Below, piece by piece: positions 9,378 through 19,990 of a stretch of 64,000 nucleotides of DNA. The notes under the pieces are model-generated. The model made no database searches. It was not told the origin of the DNA and saw only the letters and a list, made by a program, of their open reading frames with translations. The translations under genes were made by a program, and so were the position numbers. The DNA lies in assembly GCA_038888155.1 (NCBI GenBank), contig JAWAJB010000004.1, positions 32,001 to 96,000 on the forward strand, given 5' to 3'. Source of the DNA: Desulfurococcaceae archaeon. Lineage in GTDB: Archaea > Thermoproteota > Thermoprotei_A > Sulfolobales > Desulfurococcaceae. Position 1 is the first letter of the stretch. Each line of letters starts with the position of its first letter.

Positions 9378-10963
9378 TTGACCCCTTGCTGAATTATATA
9401 ACTGAAGGGTTTAAAAACAGTGTACGGGGAAAATACCCAAATAATATGAGCAAAAATTGGCCAATTACCTTAGCTACAAACGAAGTTCAATTGATTCATG
9501 GTTGACCAACTCTATTGCCTGGCGAAATCGTTAACAGGTTTCCCAAGCGAATAACGTTATTTTGAGAATATTGTTTCCTAGACTGTCCAAGATGTCTTAT
9601 GTAATATACTGTAAACTCTCAACAGGGTGTTTTGCTCTTAGCTTTATTTCCCTTGCAGTCAAAAATGTCTACTTACCTGGAAATAGGGGTCAACTTCCTT
9701 GTAATTTGAGAACAATATCAAGGTTGAATACCTATTTGTTTTACAGATTAAGACCTGCATTTTAATTACTAGTGACAAGTGCACAAGGGTCATAAGCAAT
9801 AATCTACATATTGAAAACTAGAAGTCGTGTATTAATAAGAAAGTTGACTTAATAAGAAGGGAACTTGCCTTGACATATTACAAGCCCTGATCGCTAATTG
9901 AAATGCTTTGGGAGAGTGTTAGACAGAATGAGTAGAGATCTTTATTCTAGTGTTTAGCACCTTACGATGTAATAAGTTTATAATCACTGTGTTCTTATAG
10001 GCTTTTAGGGTAATCAATAAACTGGAATTTTTTGATGGCTCTGAGTATCGGCAAAGAAGCAAACGACTTAACTGGAATATATGCTTTGAATTGAGTTGAA
10101 AATTTGGTAAGACCTCAACTAATTAAGTATCATGGAGAAATGCCCATTTGTTATAGAATAAACTACTGTGGCTTGCCATGGTCAACTGCTTTAAGTATTA
10201 CTTTACATTATTTATTAATAAGTTGCTAATGATTATAAATTTTACAATTAATCGATACTATTATACAACACAAGTTAAAGTTATTCAATTAAGTAAGAAG
10301 TGTTATTGCATATATGGGATATTACCTTAAGAGCCGTTCTAATGACAGTAGAATTTGTAGTACTTAGATTTGCCTTTCCAAACTCTACATGAACCGACTT
10401 CATCGATAATCCTATCGATTTTTATTTAAAGTTTTTATATTTCTTTTGACTATTTTTCATCGAATTATAATGTTATTCAATCTATTTTACTGTTATAATT
10501 TTGAGCACATATTACATTTTTGTACCCTTCACGTTGAGAAGCTTTGGGTGTAGCTGTATGCTTCAAGTGCTACCTCCTTAAGATCGAAAATGTCAGATAA
10601 TACCACTACTTAATTTATAACAGAGTTCTTATTTATTATCACATTTTCCATTCTATACGCATATTTGTATTTGTATAATTAAGGGATGCTTCCGCGCCCC
10701 ACCTGTGAAGCTTTTCGCGCACAGTCATTAGAACATAGCTCCACAGTGGGGTTCCTAGTTAACTATACCTCTGCAAAGTTAATTCGCGATTAACTTAACC
10801 ATGTGTTCAAGCGTAAGTGTGCAGCTTACGGTTGATATTTAAATAACAAGTCATTTTGTTATTGTCATTTAACAAGTTGATTCCTGCCCCCTAGCGCTCT
10901 ACTATGTAATCTGCTTTCCACCTATAAAAGGGGAGCATCCCTAGACTATCCACAGGGACCGAG
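9378..10963. other. ~1.6 kb AT-rich gene-free region (candidate replication origin or other cis-acting locus)
   Basis: No credible ORF; AT-richest core around 10190-10520; ORB-like and inverted-repeat motifs (see findings). Confidence 0.4.
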
Positions 10964-11383
10964 ATGGACTTTAGTTCGGTAAAGTGGGTTCTTCTAACGG
11001 GAGCATTAATGTGGGCCCTTGCGTTTACCTTTGCGCTCAACTCCATTGTACTGTACCGCGCCGTGGAAAAAGCCCTTAGCTCTTGCTATGGGCTGTGCCC
11101 AATGGGGATAGTTATAGTTGTTCTGCTCACACCTTACGCTATCTCAAGGGCGCTTAAAGTTGAAGTGGCCAGCAAAGCAAATACAGCTCTTTTTGTTGCA
11201 GTCTACTCTGTACTGTTCGCCGGGGCTTGGATATTTAGTGCTAACTCGAACTTGATTAACTACGACACGCTCAAGGGCTTGCTTACGTTCACAGCCGGCT
11301 TTGCCTCTAGTTTCACAGCTCTATTTATGCTGATCTCGTGGGTCATATATTATAGGAGGAAAAGCTCGAGTAGAAGTCAATGA
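10964..11383 (+). CDS. Hypothetical membrane protein (~4 TM)
   Basis: 139 aa ORF with four hydrophobic segments and a basic C-terminal tail. Confidence 0.65.
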   Translation: MDFSSVKWVLLTGALMWALAFTFALNSIVLYRAVEKALSSCYGLCPMGIVIVVLLTPYAISRALKVEVASKANTALFVAVYSVLFAGAWIFSANSNLINYDTLKGLLTFTAGFASSFTALFMLISWVIYYRRKSSSRSQ

Positions 11384-11427
11384 ACAGAAAGCAGTTTGAT
11401 AAACAAGGAATGTTTTGCGCGCATACC

Positions 11428-12567
11428 TCACAAGATGAGGCTACTTATTATTGATAGTGCTATCGGGCCAGTTAAATCAACAAGCGTAGTCATGATTGGG
11501 AAAACTAAATTATCTGGGTCCCAGCCGTGGTGGAATGAGAGAATTGCTAAGAAGTAGGTTATTGTAGCAGAAACGCTGTAGATCGCAGCAAACGCGATGG
11601 TTACAGACCACATAATGCGCAGTATTCTTCCTAGACTAAATATTGATGATGGGATCGACACCAATATAAGTGCAAGGAGGATGGATATGTACGTAGCAAT
11701 AAAACCAGCAACAGATTCCCTGTAAAAAGTCTTCACGGGCTTTTCGCCTTTTAAATGGAGGATTAAATTGAGTTTACTTCCGAGGTAGCCCATAGAGGCC
11801 CCTATGACTGCATTAAATGCGGGTAAAACGCCTAAGATCTCTGGGTTCTCGCTTATAAAGTAAACTACTGTCGCTAAGAAGAACCCACCAAGGCTACTAC
11901 CAGTAGAGCCCGTTACTGAGGCCACGAGGTTTTCGAGTAAGTCTTTCTCCTGCTTAACATGTACAATGTAGACTGTTGCACAAATTAGAGATAAGATAAC
12001 GACTAACAAGAAGAGAAGCTTTATAGCTACAGGCAGGGCTTCGTGCAGGTAGGCAACAACTATGAGAACAGCGGGTGTCAAGAAATCTCCTATACCAGTT
12101 ACAATTGTAGCCACAAAGGAAGATGGGTCGTGTCCCCGCCTGAATAGGTTAACTATGATAATGTTGACTATTGGCACTAATACTATGTAAACTGCAAGAG
12201 TTGAAGAGAGAGCTATAAATAGGAGCGAGAGAATTTCTGGAGCATTCAAGCCTACGAGCATTGATAGTACCATTCCTATTGCGGACAAGAAAGCTGTAGT
12301 AAAAATGGATATAGAGTAGCCTATTAGTGCGTTGACGAGATTATACCTTGTCAGTAGCCTCGGCTCTGCGAGACCGAGGTGTAGTGCCTTGTTGAGCCTA
12401 TAGCCAATAGCCCCATATACATCTCCCCTTAAATCCATGAGGCCCGGTATGAGAATCAACAGTGCCGGTAGTAGAACAAACAAGTTTACATTAACGCTAA
12501 GAGTGACTCCAACCATTACCTCTACTAGAGTTAACGTTAGAAGCGGTGTAAGCCACCTCTTGAGCAC
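11428..12567 (-). CDS. MgtE-family divalent cation transporter (two integral-membrane repeats)
   Basis: PGLMDLRGDV, DPSS...TGIGD, DPDNLVFPIMTTLVD; probable GTG start at 12567 after GGTGA (the longer ORF overlaps the divergent gene). Confidence 0.8.
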   Translation of the reverse strand: MLKRWLTPLLTLTLVEVMVGVTLSVNVNLFVLLPALLILIPGLMDLRGDVYGAIGYRLNKALHLGLAEPRLLTRYNLVNALIGYSISIFTTAFLSAIGMVLSMLVGLNAPEILSLLFIALSSTLAVYIVLVPIVNIIIVNLFRRGHDPSSFVATIVTGIGDFLTPAVLIVVAYLHEALPVAIKLLFLLVVILSLICATVYIVHVKQEKDLLENLVASVTGSTGSSLGGFFLATVVYFISENPEILGVLPAFNAVIGASMGYLGSKLNLILHLKGEKPVKTFYRESVAGFIATYISILLALILVSIPSSIFSLGRILRIMWSVTIAFAAIYSVSATITYFLAILSFHHGWDPDNLVFPIMTTLVDLTGPIALSIISSLIL

Positions 12568-12664
12568 TGCAATGTCCTCTTCACCTTTTTCCCTTAACAA
12601 TACTAACAAATTATGAGTAGTATTTAAAAGGGCAAATGGAGTATGATGTCTCTGTGAGGAGTCG

Positions 12665-13870
12665 GTGTTGTCTAGTTTTTCGTCTAATGCGCACAAGAAA
12701 TTACACGCTAAATCACTCCCTGTGAGATACAAGCCTGACTCTGTGAGAAACATACTTGAGAACATATGGGGCTTAACAAATATATCGGTAGATCTAGCCT
12801 TTTACGCATACTTTGCAAAAGACACAGACTTAGCCTATAGAATACTTGATCTAGACGGTCTAGTCGCAGATCACCTCGCGCAGTTCGTTATGCACACAGC
12901 AATGGCGTACGGAAGATCTAGGGAAGCTGGTTACGCATCACTTCTCTCGTTCTACTATGGATCTGCAATAGATATAATATCTGACTCCGTGAAGGACATT
13001 ATCTACTTTATACTTGCAAACCGGGTACCTAAGATAAGCTACGACCATGTGGTATACAGAGCTGACGGCGAAATTGTGGTAAAACTAACAGCAGAAAAAG
13101 ACTTTAAAGTAATAGACCTCACAGATAAGTACCCTGTTGACATCATATTGGTAGTCGAGGGAGATAAACACAAGTTCGCTCCAAAACCCAACGACCGAGT
13201 GAGGAAAAATTCTATTATTTACTTGAGGGGCTTTAGCGAACCTGTTTTACGTCTCTTAAATGATCGCGGGATCAAATACAAGCTAGATGAAACAACCAAT
13301 CCAGAGCTTGATCACATAGTAAAAGATATAGTTGACATAAAGGACATGGCTATACTCATGCTAGATTTAGCCCATTACGTGCTAATGAATCATTCGCCCG
13401 AATTGAGAGAAGAGGTTAAAGACCTCGAATTACAAGTTGATCTAATGCACTCAAAAGCGCTCGACAGCCTTCGGGACGCTGCAAACAAAATAGATCCAGA
13501 CACTTACATCGGGCTAATAACAATACTAAAGGAATTAGAGGATATTGCTGATGCCAGCGACTCAATAGGGCAAATACCCGCCCTTCAAGAGGTCTTTCCG
13601 AGGGAATACAAGGAGCTCTTCAATAGGGTATTCGAGAGTATAGGCGAGAAAATAAGAACTGTAACGGCGTCCAAGACCTTGGAGCTATACAGCTTGAATC
13701 GCAACTTAAAGAGATTCGGGGGAAGGGTTCTAGCTGTCAAGACGCGCGATTCATGGGTAGCGTATCCCTTTGCTAGGGACATAACGCTAAGTCCTGGAGA
13801 TAAATTAATCGTCGTGTACCAAGAAGAGTTCTCCGAAGAGCTCGATAAAGAGCTTAATTCCATGCTATAA
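12665..13870 (+). CDS. PhoU/TrkA-C domain protein (potassium-channel regulator-like)
   Basis: Repeated VDLAFYA / LDLAHY..E.I.DA PhoU-like helices, each followed by a TrkA-C-like domain (P..D..L.PGD.L.V). Confidence 0.75.
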   Translation: MLSSFSSNAHKKLHAKSLPVRYKPDSVRNILENIWGLTNISVDLAFYAYFAKDTDLAYRILDLDGLVADHLAQFVMHTAMAYGRSREAGYASLLSFYYGSAIDIISDSVKDIIYFILANRVPKISYDHVVYRADGEIVVKLTAEKDFKVIDLTDKYPVDIILVVEGDKHKFAPKPNDRVRKNSIIYLRGFSEPVLRLLNDRGIKYKLDETTNPELDHIVKDIVDIKDMAILMLDLAHYVLMNHSPELREEVKDLELQVDLMHSKALDSLRDAANKIDPDTYIGLITILKELEDIADASDSIGQIPALQEVFPREYKELFNRVFESIGEKIRTVTASKTLELYSLNRNLKRFGGRVLAVKTRDSWVAYPFARDITLSPGDKLIVVYQEEFSEELDKELNSML

Positions 13871-14009
13871 AGGAGCTAATAAAGCTCGATTGGTAAAATT
13901 AGTTAGGCACTAAGGTAGTAGAGAGACTTTTCGCCAAGCTAGTGGTAGCAATTAAATTGTGCTCAAAGCAAACAAATTATCTCGTAGAGAATCTATAAGC
14001 GGGTTAAGG

Positions 14010-14267
14010 TTATTTTTCCTTTAAACGCAGTGCTGCACTTTTAACTAACTCTATCAAATACCCCTCTTCACTAGGCACACCTGAACCAATAAGAACGCCG
14101 TTGATGTAGAGCTCGGGTTCATCGTTTTCTCCATCTACAAGTTCAACGTGAATTTCCTCGCCAATCTCAGTTTCCAGTATTTCCCTAATAAAAAGCATCC
14201 AGCTGAAAAGTGTGAACCTCGAGTAAGTCTGCTTCCCTTTGATAGCAACATTCATGCGAACACACAT
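14010..14267 (-). CDS. Hypothetical small protein (possible thioredoxin-like fold)
   Basis: 85 aa ORF downstream of glmS; PELYING..IG.GVP motif. Confidence 0.55.
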   Translation of the reverse strand: MCVRMNVAIKGKQTYSRFTLFSWMLFIREILETEIGEEIHVELVDGENDEPELYINGVLIGSGVPSEEGYLIELVKSAALRLKEK

Positions 14268-14331
14268 CTTGATATTTTCTAGGAGTAATTTTTAACTCGC
14301 TTTCCACTCAAGGTTGTGCAGTGAACGAAAA

Positions 14332-16170
14332 TTACTCTACGGTAACTGTTTTAGCTAGATTTCTAGGTCTGTCGGGATCGTGCCCCCTCTTAACCGCTAG
14401 ATGATATGCTAACAGCTGGAGCGGTGGTACGTGAGTAATTGGCGTAGTAATCCAATGTCCCCTGGGAACCTCTATCGCGACATCTACCAACTCTTTAAGG
14501 TAAGAGTCTTTGTAGAGTACTCCAATAGTCAATGCCCCCCTGGCCTTCATCTCCTCTACGTTGCTGTGTATTTTCCGCTCAATCTCATGATCGTTAGGAA
14601 CAACGAAAACTACGGGGAAGCCAGGCTCTACTAGTGCTATTGGACCGTGCTTGGATTCGCCAGCTGGATACGCTTCAGCGTGGACATACGCTATTTCCTT
14701 TATTTTAAGTGCGCCTTCTCTAGCTGTAGGAACTCCAACGCCGCGGCTCAAGTAGTACATGCTTCTTGTATTAATTAACTTCTCAGACAGGCGTTCAACG
14801 AAACTGCTTGTTTCATTAATGGTTCTAGCAACTAGACTGCTCGACTTTTCTAGATCATCTAGGATCGAGCGGTACTCGGATGAGTCAATAACGCCCCGTT
14901 TATGCGCGTACTCTAGAACGATAAATGAGAGAGTTAACACCTGTGCAAGGAACGTCTTCGTCGCTGCAACCCCTATTTCGGGTCCAGCCCTCATGTATAC
15001 AGCTACATCGCTCTCTCGAGGGACGGCTGAGTCCACAATGTTGGTTACGGCTACAATTTTGCCTCCTGCATTTTTAAATCCCCTTACGGCTTTGAGTACA
15101 TCTATAGTCTCGCCGCTCTGAGTTACCGCAATTAGTACATCACTCTCGCTAACGCTATTAGCGTAAACATCGTACTCGCTTGCGATAAACGGTATAAAAA
15201 CTTCGCCAGCGAGCTTCATGGACGAGAGCGCTAAGAACTCAGATGCATGGTAACTTGTTCCAGCACCAACTATGTAGATTTTGTTGGCTTTAGTCAACAA
15301 GTCAACAACTTCTTTGACGCTACTATCGCTTCGTAGCCCGCTTATAGTGTAAGTTAGCGCGCGAGGCTGTTCATTAATCTCTTTAAGCATGAAGTGCGTA
15401 TAGCCCTCTTTGGATGCATCCTCTAATTTCCAGTCAACAACCTTAACGTAGTTCTCATAGTTAACCTTATCCCCAGTTAAGATATCCTCTATATAGACCT
15501 CCCTTGGTGAAATGTACCCCATCCAATAGTCTCTTACGGCTATAACCCTCCTGGTGTGTTCTAGTAACGCAGGTATATCGCTCGCGACTAAATTATACGA
15601 GTCGCCGATTCCCAGCACGAGAGGGCTATCTTTCTTTGCAAAGAAGATCTTGCTCAAGTCCAGCGGTGTGATCATAAGTATCGCATAAGCTCCCTTTAGG
15701 GTTTTAATAGCTCTCCTAAAGCTTTCGTAAACATCTCGAACTTGCTCATAAAAATCCTCTATCAAATGTACAACTACCTCTGTATCGGTTTGGCTCTTAA
15801 AGGCGTGTCCTTTCTCCAAAAGATCCTTTTTGAGTTCGTAGTAGTTTTCAATAATGCCGTTGTGAACTATGGCAAAAAGGCCCTTACAATCGGTGTGGGG
15901 ATGCGCATTTACATCAGAGGGAGGACCGTGAGTTGCCCATCGCGTGTGTCCAATACCTACAGTACCTCCGAGATTTGTGAACCCTAGCCTGCCCTCGAGC
16001 TCTATTAGTTTTCCCTTTCCCTTAAGGACTTTTAATTTATTCTCATCAACAACCGCTAAACCAGCTGAGTCGTAACCACGGTACTCGAGCCTTAGGAGCC
16101 CGCTATACAGTGCCTGTCCTAGCCTCAATGCATTCCTATCTTGCAAACAAATACCTACAATTCCGCACAT
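14332..16170 (-). CDS. glmS: Glutamine--fructose-6-phosphate transaminase
   Basis: MCGIVG, LEYRGYDSAG, GHTRWATHG, VAATKT, PRNLAKTVTVE. Confidence 0.97.
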   Translation of the reverse strand: MCGIVGICLQDRNALRLGQALYSGLLRLEYRGYDSAGLAVVDENKLKVLKGKGKLIELEGRLGFTNLGGTVGIGHTRWATHGPPSDVNAHPHTDCKGLFAIVHNGIIENYYELKKDLLEKGHAFKSQTDTEVVVHLIEDFYEQVRDVYESFRRAIKTLKGAYAILMITPLDLSKIFFAKKDSPLVLGIGDSYNLVASDIPALLEHTRRVIAVRDYWMGYISPREVYIEDILTGDKVNYENYVKVVDWKLEDASKEGYTHFMLKEINEQPRALTYTISGLRSDSSVKEVVDLLTKANKIYIVGAGTSYHASEFLALSSMKLAGEVFIPFIASEYDVYANSVSESDVLIAVTQSGETIDVLKAVRGFKNAGGKIVAVTNIVDSAVPRESDVAVYMRAGPEIGVAATKTFLAQVLTLSFIVLEYAHKRGVIDSSEYRSILDDLEKSSSLVARTINETSSFVERLSEKLINTRSMYYLSRGVGVPTAREGALKIKEIAYVHAEAYPAGESKHGPIALVEPGFPVVFVVPNDHEIERKIHSNVEEMKARGALTIGVLYKDSYLKELVDVAIEVPRGHWITTPITHVPPLQLLAYHLAVKRGHDPDRPRNLAKTVTVE

Positions 16171-16331
16171 GATTTAGACCTCTTCACGATAACTTATCTT
16201 GTTGAAATATTTAAGCGAGGTCAAAAGTGTGTAGCATATGCGAGGCTACTCCACGCTGTAGTTTAATTTGGAATTAAGCCATGAGTCCCCCTTTAATTAA
16301 AAACTTGCCTGCAAATAGGTTTTTGGGGGAT

Positions 16332-17012
16332 ATGTTCATGAGCCTATTAGTTATTAAGATCACAGGCAAAGCATTCGACGAAGGAACCCCGCTACTCGAT
16401 AGATACGCCTCAACGTTAAAAAAGCTATTAGAGACATACAAGTTGCTAATAGTGACTGGAGGCGGAAATACTGCTAGAAAATACATGAGTGTAGCAAAGG
16501 ATCTCGGGGTACACTCAGCTTATTGGCTGGACTCAATAGGTATTATGGCATCTAGGCTAAACAGCTTACTCCTAATAGCTTCCCTAAGCCCTCACGCTTA
16601 CCCTCGCGTGCCAAGCACTGTAGAGGATACCATTACAGCGCTTAGCTCCCATCGGGCAGTTTCTGTCGGGGGGCTGATCCCAGGGCAATCAACTGCCGCA
16701 GTTTTACTTCAAGTAGCAGAGGCACTAGCTGTCAGAAAAGTATACTACTACTCAGCAATAGGCAAAGTGTACACGAAAGACCCAGTTAAGCACCCTGACG
16801 CCAAGCCGTTGTCGGTAATTCCCGCGAGCACTCTTAAGGCAATAATTGAGCAAAGAAATCTACCTGGAGAATACGCGTTAGTTGATGTAAGCGCCCTAGA
16901 TATTGCAGTGAGGAGTAAAATTGAGGTACAAATACTGAACTACAGGGAGCCCGAGCTAATATACAGTGCACTAAATGGGGGGAATCCCGGCACAATAATA
17001 ACTCCAGAGTAG
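16332..17012 (+). CDS. pyrH: UMP kinase
   Basis: VTGGG.TARKY, LD.IGI.ASRLN, PGQSTAAV, VY.KDP, NPGT.I. Confidence 0.9.
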   Translation: MFMSLLVIKITGKAFDEGTPLLDRYASTLKKLLETYKLLIVTGGGNTARKYMSVAKDLGVHSAYWLDSIGIMASRLNSLLLIASLSPHAYPRVPSTVEDTITALSSHRAVSVGGLIPGQSTAAVLLQVAEALAVRKVYYYSAIGKVYTKDPVKHPDAKPLSVIPASTLKAIIEQRNLPGEYALVDVSALDIAVRSKIEVQILNYREPELIYSALNGGNPGTIITPE

Positions 17013-17126
17013 AAAGGCTTGAGGCAAGATACATAGCGGGAGCGGCTTAGCTGAAACTCGAATTGTTGAGATCGGCTGGGAATTTAGTCCGCGTTAACTC
17101 TACGCTGTAACATTGATAAGTTCTGA

Positions 17127-17843
17127 TCATCTGCTTGAATGCTGCTCTTTGAGCTTCCTTAAAACTCTTCGCGCCCAATATAAGAGAACTCTTGTCTCGT
17201 ACATGGATAGGGCACTTCTATATAACGTGCGCCTCAACACTAATTCGCACCTAGCTTGTTTATCTCTATTTGAAATAGAGGAAGCAGTAATCTCGCGGAG
17301 TAGCAATAGAATGTTCTCTACTTCAGCGCGTCCAGCCCTAGGGGGAACGTTAACAGGCTTCACACTCTTTTGCTTCCACAGCTCCCAGAGGAATATGGCA
17401 ACAGATTGACTTATATTTAACACAGGGTACTCTGGATTCGCTGGTATTGTGGCGAGAAAATCTGATCTTAGTATCTCTTCCCTTGTAAGTCCTGTGCTCT
17501 CCCTACCAAAAATTAAGGCCAGCTTAGTCACCCTAGATGGTATGCTCTTTACCAATACGTCGATTGGAATTGCTTGCCTGACGAGATCCCCCTCGCTGAA
17601 ACCAATAGCGCTTGTAGCTACTGATACATCTACGCCTTTCAGTGCTTCCTCGATATCTGAAACAATGGGGCTTTTAAGTAGCAAGTCTCTTCCACGTGCA
17701 GCGTACTTTAAAGCCTCTTCAATACTTGCAATCGGGTTAACCAAGTAGAGCTCTTCCACTCCAAAGTTTACACACGTCCTTGCAATAACGCCGAGATTCA
17801 TCGACCCTTCTATCCCGACAACTACGACCCTTACCTCAACCAA
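17127..17843 (-). CDS. trmJ: tRNA (C32/U32-2'-O)-methyltransferase TrmJ (SPOUT)
   Basis: NLG.IAR...NFG, FGRESTGLT.EE, IPANPEYPVLNISQSV. Confidence 0.88.
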   Translation of the reverse strand: MVEVRVVVVGIEGSMNLGVIARTCVNFGVEELYLVNPIASIEEALKYAARGRDLLLKSPIVSDIEEALKGVDVSVATSAIGFSEGDLVRQAIPIDVLVKSIPSRVTKLALIFGRESTGLTREEILRSDFLATIPANPEYPVLNISQSVAIFLWELWKQKSVKPVNVPPRAGRAEVENILLLLREITASSISNRDKQARCELVLRRTLYRSALSMYETRVLLYWARRVLRKLKEQHSSR

Positions 17844-17911
17844 GGCTCACACTCTCCCAGTAAGGACCTGAGTTTTGTATTGCGGGCTGTGTAAATAAAC
17901 ACCCAGGCTCT

Positions 17912-18499
17912 CTAGTCCTTGACGCACTCTACTGAGAATAAAGTCTCAAAGAAGAACTCCTTCTTTATAGTGAAGACAACTTTGAATCCTGATTTTATTA
18001 TGTGCTCCTCTACGATATCAGGGCTCGAGAGAGAAGAGTACACTAATATTAAGCGTCCCCCCGGTCTCAAAGCTTTTTTCGCGTACTCTATAAAGTAAAG
18101 TACTTTCTCAAAGCCTAGTGGACCGCCCTCGGTCGCTACATCCAAGTTGAGGGGATCATACGCAGGCAAATAGGGGGGATTCGCTAAAACCATGTCAACC
18201 GAGCCCTCCCTAATGAACGTTGTATCAGACAAAACTGGTATCCCAAAATGATGAACGCCATTTAGATGCAAGTTCTGCTCAACGCTGTTAACGGCATTTT
18301 CATCAATATCAACGAGGACAACTCTCTCGCATATGCTATTCAGTAGAGCGTATATGCCTAAAACGCCTGAACCTGCGCCTAAGTCTATGCAGATTTCTCC
18401 CCGAAGATTCCTAACATCGAGGACAGCAGTCAATAACCAAGAATCGTCGCTGGGCCTATACACATCTCCCATGTAGTTCAATCGAGGGTAAACCTTCAT
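17912..18499 (-). CDS. HemK2/PrmC-like release factor glutamine methyltransferase
   Basis: VYRPSDDS.LL, DLGAGSG, NPPYLP, GG..G, FFFE.L. Confidence 0.88.
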   Translation of the reverse strand: MKVYPRLNYMGDVYRPSDDSWLLTAVLDVRNLRGEICIDLGAGSGVLGIYALLNSICERVVLVDIDENAVNSVEQNLHLNGVHHFGIPVLSDTTFIREGSVDMVLANPPYLPAYDPLNLDVATEGGPLGFEKVLYFIEYAKKALRPGGRLILVYSSLSSPDIVEEHIIKSGFKVVFTIKKEFFFETLFSVECVKD

Positions 18500-19329
18500 A
18501 CATTAATACCTCTTTCGAGGAGAGAGCGAGAAATTTCAAGCCAAGTCTCTGGATCAACTGCAAATACCCTTTTGCCCTCTAATTTGCTCCACAGCGGCCC
18601 GAGATCGCTTGGATTAACCTTTAACAGGTCCACGAAAACCTTCGACAGCAACCTTTTACGCTGAGAGAAGGCCTTCTTTGTTATTCTCTCGAGCACCTCT
18701 ATTTCATGTGCATAGCTACGCCTTCGCAAAAGGACTACGACTCTATGATATACTCCAGGCTTCGGGAAAAAACTCCCAGGTGGATATGTGCCCCCAGCTT
18801 TGACATCAAATAAGACATTTACTAGTACAGTTATTTTCCCGTAGTTTTTACTGCCCGGTAGAGATAAAAGCCTGTCTGCAACTTCTCTCTGAAGAGTCAA
18901 TACTGCCTTATTTACGCAGTTTTCCCTGGAGATCTTTACAATTAAGTCAGATGTGATATGGTAAGGCGCATTGGATATAACTTCCTCGTGAAGGTATGGA
19001 AGGAACCTAGCGTCTCCGTTTACAATAACAAAAAACGGGCTATCTACAAGCCCGCTAATCGCTTCGCAGAGCCTCCAATCGATTTCAATGCACGTAAGGC
19101 TATGTGCCTTAAGGAGAACGGCCCTCGTGAGCGTGCCAATGCCGCAACCAATTTCGAGCACTTTGCCTGAGCCTGTGTAATTAATTAGCTCGCGTATAAG
19201 AAGTGGATCTACAATGAAGTTCTGGCTAAGGCTTTTACGCGGGCGTAGCCCGTATTCCCTGAGAACTTTACGAGTCCACATCACCAGCTCGCTGCGCCCC
19301 AGCTCGAGGGGGTTAGATAAGCTCCCCAT
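18496..19329 (-). CDS. rsmA: 16S rRNA dimethyladenosine transferase KsgA/RsmA
   Basis: LSQNF, LEIGCGIG.LT, SNAPYHIT, QREVA.RL, F.PKP.V; probable ATG at 19329. Confidence 0.92.
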   Translation of the reverse strand: MGSLSNPLELGRSELVMWTRKVLREYGLRPRKSLSQNFIVDPLLIRELINYTGSGKVLEIGCGIGTLTRAVLLKAHSLTCIEIDWRLCEAISGLVDSPFFVIVNGDARFLPYLHEEVISNAPYHITSDLIVKISRENCVNKAVLTLQREVADRLLSLPGSKNYGKITVLVNVLFDVKAGGTYPPGSFFPKPGVYHRVVVLLRRRSYAHEIEVLERITKKAFSQRKRLLSKVFVDLLKVNPSDLGPLWSKLEGKRVFAVDPETWLEISRSLLERGINV

Positions 19330-19957
19330 AAAGTCTCTCCAAGTATCCAAGGTAGAGGCTCTGCCTGTCGTGCGGCTTAATAAATAAGCAGTACTTTTCA
19401 TCTCCTGATATCTCCTTCAATATTCTGCCTGCAAGTGCCTTAATGGGGTCTATTCCCACTCGCTCCCTGATATCATTAAACCCCTTAAACTTGCCCTGCT
19501 TTCTAGCATCAAGAATGGCATTCATTGTCTTCTTGCCTACGTCCGGTAGTAGCTCGAGAGCGTGTAGCCTAATGTTTATGGGCTCGGCAAGATTGAAGAA
19601 CTCTACGAAGATCTGCTCGTTTTCAGTTATTATCCTGTTGATTGCCTCTAATAGATTTCCCCTAGCAACAGACGTTAATTCATTGTACGTAATTAAAATA
19701 ATCCTCTTGAGCTTGCTTGGATAGCTTAAATCGACTTTCTCAAGTACATCTATTTTTACGCCTATTAACGGCGTAGCCTCCAAGAGCGTAAAGTACCTAA
19801 CCCCGATGCCCTGAACGAATGGCTGGTTCCTGTGCTCATAGTGTATATCTGAGGGATTGCCCATCTCCAAGTAGTCCAACACGTAGATGTGCGGCTCATG
19901 TCTAGAGCTAGGTCTATGTCGTGGCCTAGCAGCCTGTGGAGGTCTATACAAAATCAT
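19313..19957 (-). CDS. DUF655 predicted RNA-binding protein
   Basis: YVLDY, FTLLE, FFN.A.PI..RLH.LELLP.VGKK; conserved position after rpoF. Confidence 0.88.
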   Translation of the reverse strand: MILYRPPQAARPRHRPSSRHEPHIYVLDYLEMGNPSDIHYEHRNQPFVQGIGVRYFTLLEATPLIGVKIDVLEKVDLSYPSKLKRIILITYNELTSVARGNLLEAINRIITENEQIFVEFFNLAEPINIRLHALELLPDVGKKTMNAILDARKQGKFKGFNDIRERVGIDPIKALAGRILKEISGDEKYCLFIKPHDRQSLYLGYLERLYGELI

Positions 19958-19990
19958 TACCCCTCAAATTGTAAATTTATCAAAATATAG

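Noticed and set aside
9700-10110. Scattered (A/G)TTGAAA words resembling CRISPR repeat 3' ends (also at ~3208 and ~36960)
   Set aside because: No conserved 24-37 nt repeat, no regular spacing, and no cas genes in the window
10033-10230. Short reading frame MALSIGKEANDLTGIYALN*VENLVRP... with an in-frame TGA
   Set aside because: No recognisable protein family or SECIS-like context; consistent with chance in AT-rich DNA
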